Source of the DNA: an uncultured Holophagales bacterium
Lineage (GTDB): Bacteria; Acidobacteriota; Thermoanaerobaculia; Multivoradales; UBA5704
Assembly (NCBI GenBank): GCA_963842525.1
Contig: CAWJGT010000003.1
Span: 1,312,001-1,376,000 of the forward strand
Direction: 5' to 3'
DNA length: 64,000 nt
The position numbers and the translations under genes are program-made. Positions within the stretch are counted from its first letter, which is position 1, and each line of letters begins with the position of its first letter. Positions 60,775 to 64,000 of this stretch are shown here, in pieces. The notes below the pieces were generated by a model. It saw nothing but the letters and a program-made list of their open reading frames with translations. It ran no database searches and was not told the origin of the DNA.

Positions 60775-62124
60775 TCAAGCGAATCCGAGCCCGAGCTCGC
60801 GATAGAGATCCAGGTACGCTGCGGCGGCCGTCCGCGCGTTGGCCAAGGGACCGGCAACCTCCGGCCGTACCTCGGGCGGATCGCCGCGCCGTATCATCTC
60901 GCGCAACGCGCGGACGACCCCCTCCGCCCCTTCTCCGAGAGGGACCAGCCTCCCGGCTCCGAGCCGGGGTACGCGTTCGCCGAGGGCGCCCAGGTCGAAG
61001 GCGAGCACCGGCACGCCGGCGGCGCCGCATTCGTCGAGGACCAGGCCGTAGGACTCGGGGACGATCGAAAGGAGAAGGGCGAGGTCGACACGGCCGCGGT
61101 GGAGGAGCCCGGGCAGGGTGCCGCTCCGGTAGTAGCCGCGGACCCGCACGCCGAGACGGCGCAGGCGGAGCAGCAACCCGAGGTCGCCTCCGCCATAGGC
61201 GCTCCAGCGCAGATCCTCTCCAGCCAGACGGCGGACGACATCCTCGAACACCAGCGCCCCCTTGTGCGCCTGGACGCCGCCGACCAGGGCGACTTGCTGG
61301 AGGGAGCCGCGGGCGACGGAGCTTCGGGAGAGCGCCAACCCAGGCGCGATCACGTGCTGCCGCTCGGACAGGCCGGGGAAGAGGTCCCGGTAGGCCTGCC
61401 GCAGGAAGTCCGACGGGAAAATGAGCGCCTCGGCGGCGGCCAGGAGCTCCGCGGCGATCTCGCGCCTGGTCCCTTGAAAGGCGTCCTCGACCGGCCAGTC
61501 CTCGCGCAGACATCGGCCGCAGCGGACAAGGTCGCGCGAGTACTCGCAGAAGCGGAGAGCCGGCTGCTCCAGGAGGTGCGGACGAGCGCAGAAGGCCGCG
61601 AAGTCGTGGAGCGAGAGGACCAGCCGGAGGCCCGCACGGCCCAGGCGGAGGAGGGACCCCAGAGGCAGGGCCGCCAGACCTTCCACGTGGACCGCCGACG
61701 CGCCGACAATGCCGACTGCCTCCCGGACCACCTCTTCGAAAGAGGCGTCCTCCAGAGAGACTCGTGAAACAGCCGTCCCGGGGAGACGGACTACGCGGCG
61801 CCTTGCACCCTCCTGGATTTCCAGATGCCAGCTTCTCTCGGCGGGATAGAGGAGCGCGAGGGGACGGATCTCCGCTTCGGCTTCGATCCGGGCGAGGAGC
61901 TGCGCCTGGACTCCGCCGAGGCGCGGGGCCGGCGGGGTGGCCGACAGGTTGAGGACGGGGACCGGCACCTCGGGGCGGTAACCTCCGGGGCCGGCCGGAG
62001 CGGGAGAGAACGACCGCCGCCGCCGCGCTTCGGCCAGCCGGTCCAGCACCCGGTCGCGGACCGCCGGCGCGCCTTCCGCCCGCAGCACCCGCCAGGCGAT
62101 GCGGACGCTTCCGGCCCGGCTCAA
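60775..62124 (-). CDS. Glycosyltransferase, GT4-like
   Basis: TTGA-coupled to the upstream gene; LSLHDF, HKG, PESYGLVLDE and DLGALGE motifs. Confidence 0.82.
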   Translation of the reverse strand: MSRAGSVRIAWRVLRAEGAPAVRDRVLDRLAEARRRRSFSPAPAGPGGYRPEVPVPVLNLSATPPAPRLGGVQAQLLARIEAEAEIRPLALLYPAERSWHLEIQEGARRRVVRLPGTAVSRVSLEDASFEEVVREAVGIVGASAVHVEGLAALPLGSLLRLGRAGLRLVLSLHDFAAFCARPHLLEQPALRFCEYSRDLVRCGRCLREDWPVEDAFQGTRREIAAELLAAAEALIFPSDFLRQAYRDLFPGLSERQHVIAPGLALSRSSVARGSLQQVALVGGVQAHKGALVFEDVVRRLAGEDLRWSAYGGGDLGLLLRLRRLGVRVRGYYRSGTLPGLLHRGRVDLALLLSIVPESYGLVLDECGAAGVPVLAFDLGALGERVPRLGAGRLVPLGEGAEGVVRALREMIRRGDPPEVRPEVAGPLANARTAAAAYLDLYRELGLGFA

Positions 62125-64000
62125 GCCGTCCGCCGCCTCCGGCGTGCTCCGGACATGGTCCGCTCCAGGACCGAGCGCTTGGCCAGGACGCGGTCGTAGA
62201 CCCGCTCGATCTCTTCCGCATGCTGGTCGATCCCCTTGACCTCCGGCAGCTTCTCGGCCCAGCGGTCGACCTGGCCAGGGTCGGCGGCCAGGCGCTCGAT
62301 CCACGCTCGCAGCGCCCCAGGGTCTTCCGGATCGAAGAGGGCGCCGAAGGTCTCGCCGGCCTCGGCGAACATCTCCGGCAGGGCCCCGCGGTCGCTCGCC
62401 AGCACCGGCACACCGTGGTCCAGGGCCTCGCGCGCCACCAGCCCGAACGATTCGAGCCCGAGGGAGGGGACGATCAGCACGTCGATCCCGGCGAAGACCT
62501 CGGGCTTGTCCTCCTCCGGGAAGCGTCCGCGGAATTCGACCGCGCCGGACCCGCGCAGCGCTTCCAGCTCCCGGGTATAGGCCGGGTCGATCGCCGGGTC
62601 CCCCCAGAGAGCGAGCGTGGCCCGTGCGGGATCGATCTCTTCAAAGGCCGCCACCGCCACGTGGACGCCCTTGTGCGGCAGGATCGAGCCAATGACGCCG
62701 AAGCGGAGCGGCGCGCCCGGCGTCCGGCGCGGCCGGGGGACGAAGCCTTCGAGCCGCGGCGTCTTCTCGATCCCGTACGGGATCACGAAGACCGGGTCCT
62801 CCGGCCGCAGGTAGCCCAGCTCCAGATAGCTCCGGCGGATGACGTCCGAGCCCAGGACGAAGGCTTCCGCCTTGCGCAGGGCCTGGCGGACGAGCGTGTC
62901 TCGCCGGCGGTAGAGGAGACGGTTCCAGAGCGGCGCGGGCGGCAGGCCGGTCAGCGGCAGGCAGGCCGCGCACTTGCCCGGGGCCGGGCCGCTGCACAGG
63001 CGCCTCCAGGCGTCGAGCAGGTTGGCGCGCGCGCACGGCTCCCACCAGTCCTGGACCTGGAAGACGACCGGAATCCCCCGCCGCGCCGCGATCCCCGGCA
63101 GGGTGAGGCAGTGCCCGGCCAGGTGGTGTACGTGCAGGAGGCGGGGATTGACCTCGTCCAGCAGCCGGCCGAAGTCGGCCTCCAGGAGCCGGTCGCGCAG
63201 GGCGTTGCGCGACAGCGGGTTGCGCTGCGTGAAGTTGTTGACGATCAGCCGCACCCGCACGCCGTGGTCGAGCAGCTCGAGGGCTTCGCCGTGGGCGCGC
63301 TGCGGGTCGGCGATCCGGCCGTAGACCACCACCTCGCGGTAGCGGGCCTGGCTGCGGGCGATCCAGGCGGCGTAGAGCTCGGTCCCTGCGGGGCTCCAGG
63401 GCGGCCAGCCGTGGACGAGATGGAGAACCCTCTCCGGCCGGCCGGGCTGCTGCGGCTGGCGGGTGGGGCGCAGCTCGGCGAGCACCCGCTGGCGCAGCGG
63501 GCGGATCGGGTCCTCGCGGAGGAACTTCGCCACCGTGGCCAGATATTCGGGGTGCAGCCGCTCCATCTTGCCGTGCGCGGCGCTCACTCGGACGCCGCGC
63601 CGGGTGCCGAAGCTGCGCTGCCCCTCATGGAAGACGAACGTCGCGTCGTCCAGCACGTGGGCATAGCCCGCCTTGAGCGCCCGCATGCAGAACTCGCTCT
63701 CCTCTCCGTACCCTTCGCCGAAGCTCTTCGTGTCGAAGAGCCCGAGCTGGTCGAGCACCTTCCTCTTGATATAGAGGCAGACGCCGACCCCGGTGGGCAG
63801 GTGAGGCCAGGCACGCCGGGAGCGCTCCTCGACGAGCCGGCCGAAGCGGTCCACGTCCCAGCCTGCCGGCAGGGCGTTGGTCTCCAGGAAGCGGGGGAGG
63901 GAGCAGATCGTGGCGCTGTTCGAGAACGGCGTGACCGTCGCGACCTCCGGCGCCGAGTACGCGGCCTCCTGGAGCTTTTCGACCCAGCGCGCCGTCACCT
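62121..64000 (-). CDS. Two-domain glycosyltransferase, GT2 plus GT4 (5' partial)
   Basis: ATVTPFSN and GYGEESEFCMRA (GT2); HGWPP..AGTE, HKG and PSLGLESFGLV (GT4). Confidence 0.88.
   Translation of the reverse strand, partial: VTARWVEKLQEAAYSAPEVATVTPFSNSATICSLPRFLETNALPAGWDVDRFGRLVEERSRRAWPHLPTGVGVCLYIKRKVLDQLGLFDTKSFGEGYGEESEFCMRALKAGYAHVLDDATFVFHEGQRSFGTRRGVRVSAAHGKMERLHPEYLATVAKFLREDPIRPLRQRVLAELRPTRQPQQPGRPERVLHLVHGWPPWSPAGTELYAAWIARSQARYREVVVYGRIADPQRAHGEALELLDHGVRVRLIVNNFTQRNPLSRNALRDRLLEADFGRLLDEVNPRLLHVHHLAGHCLTLPGIAARRGIPVVFQVQDWWEPCARANLLDAWRRLCSGPAPGKCAACLPLTGLPPAPLWNRLLYRRRDTLVRQALRKAEAFVLGSDVIRRSYLELGYLRPEDPVFVIPYGIEKTPRLEGFVPRPRRTPGAPLRFGVIGSILPHKGVHVAVAAFEEIDPARATLALWGDPAIDPAYTRELEALRGSGAVEFRGRFPEEDKPEVFAGIDVLIVPSLGLESFGLVAREALDHGVPVLASDRGALPEMFAEAGETFGALFDPEDPGALRAWIERLAADPGQVDRWAEKLPEVKGIDQHAEEIERVYDRVLAKRSVLERTMSGARRRRRTA

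Overview
A 64 kb, GC-rich bacterial chromosomal window. Gene content and repeat families suggest Acidobacteriota, possibly Thermoanaerobaculia (inference only). The housekeeping backbone is nfeD-slipin-SPOR-lnt-prfB, trmH, fbaB, lpdA-E1a-E1b-E2, glgC-glgA, lipB, nadQ-like regulator with nadABC, lipA, proline dehydrogenase and two glycosylation loci. It is interleaved with type II toxin-antitoxin modules and relics, several REP-like palindrome families, palindromic tandem arrays with periods near multiples of 21 bp, a MITE-like element and a 3' fragment of a group II intron. About 13 single-base frameshifts, including an extra one in prfB, look like assembly errors. The main leads are: (1) a LytS/LytTR pair followed by three 21-bp-spaced boxes and a hidden, frameshifted gene for a secreted 8-Cys mini-protein; (2) a LanC cyclase and lanthipeptide-like precursor with no dehydratase, coupled to glgA; (3) a TIR protein whose C-terminal domain resembles animal FAIM; (4) a class II photolyase ending in a beta-clamp-type QLSLL motif; (5) a BoxB-like di-iron protein with no partner genes; (6) a NadQ-type regulon with visible operators. 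All family assignments come from motif recognition; no database search was run.
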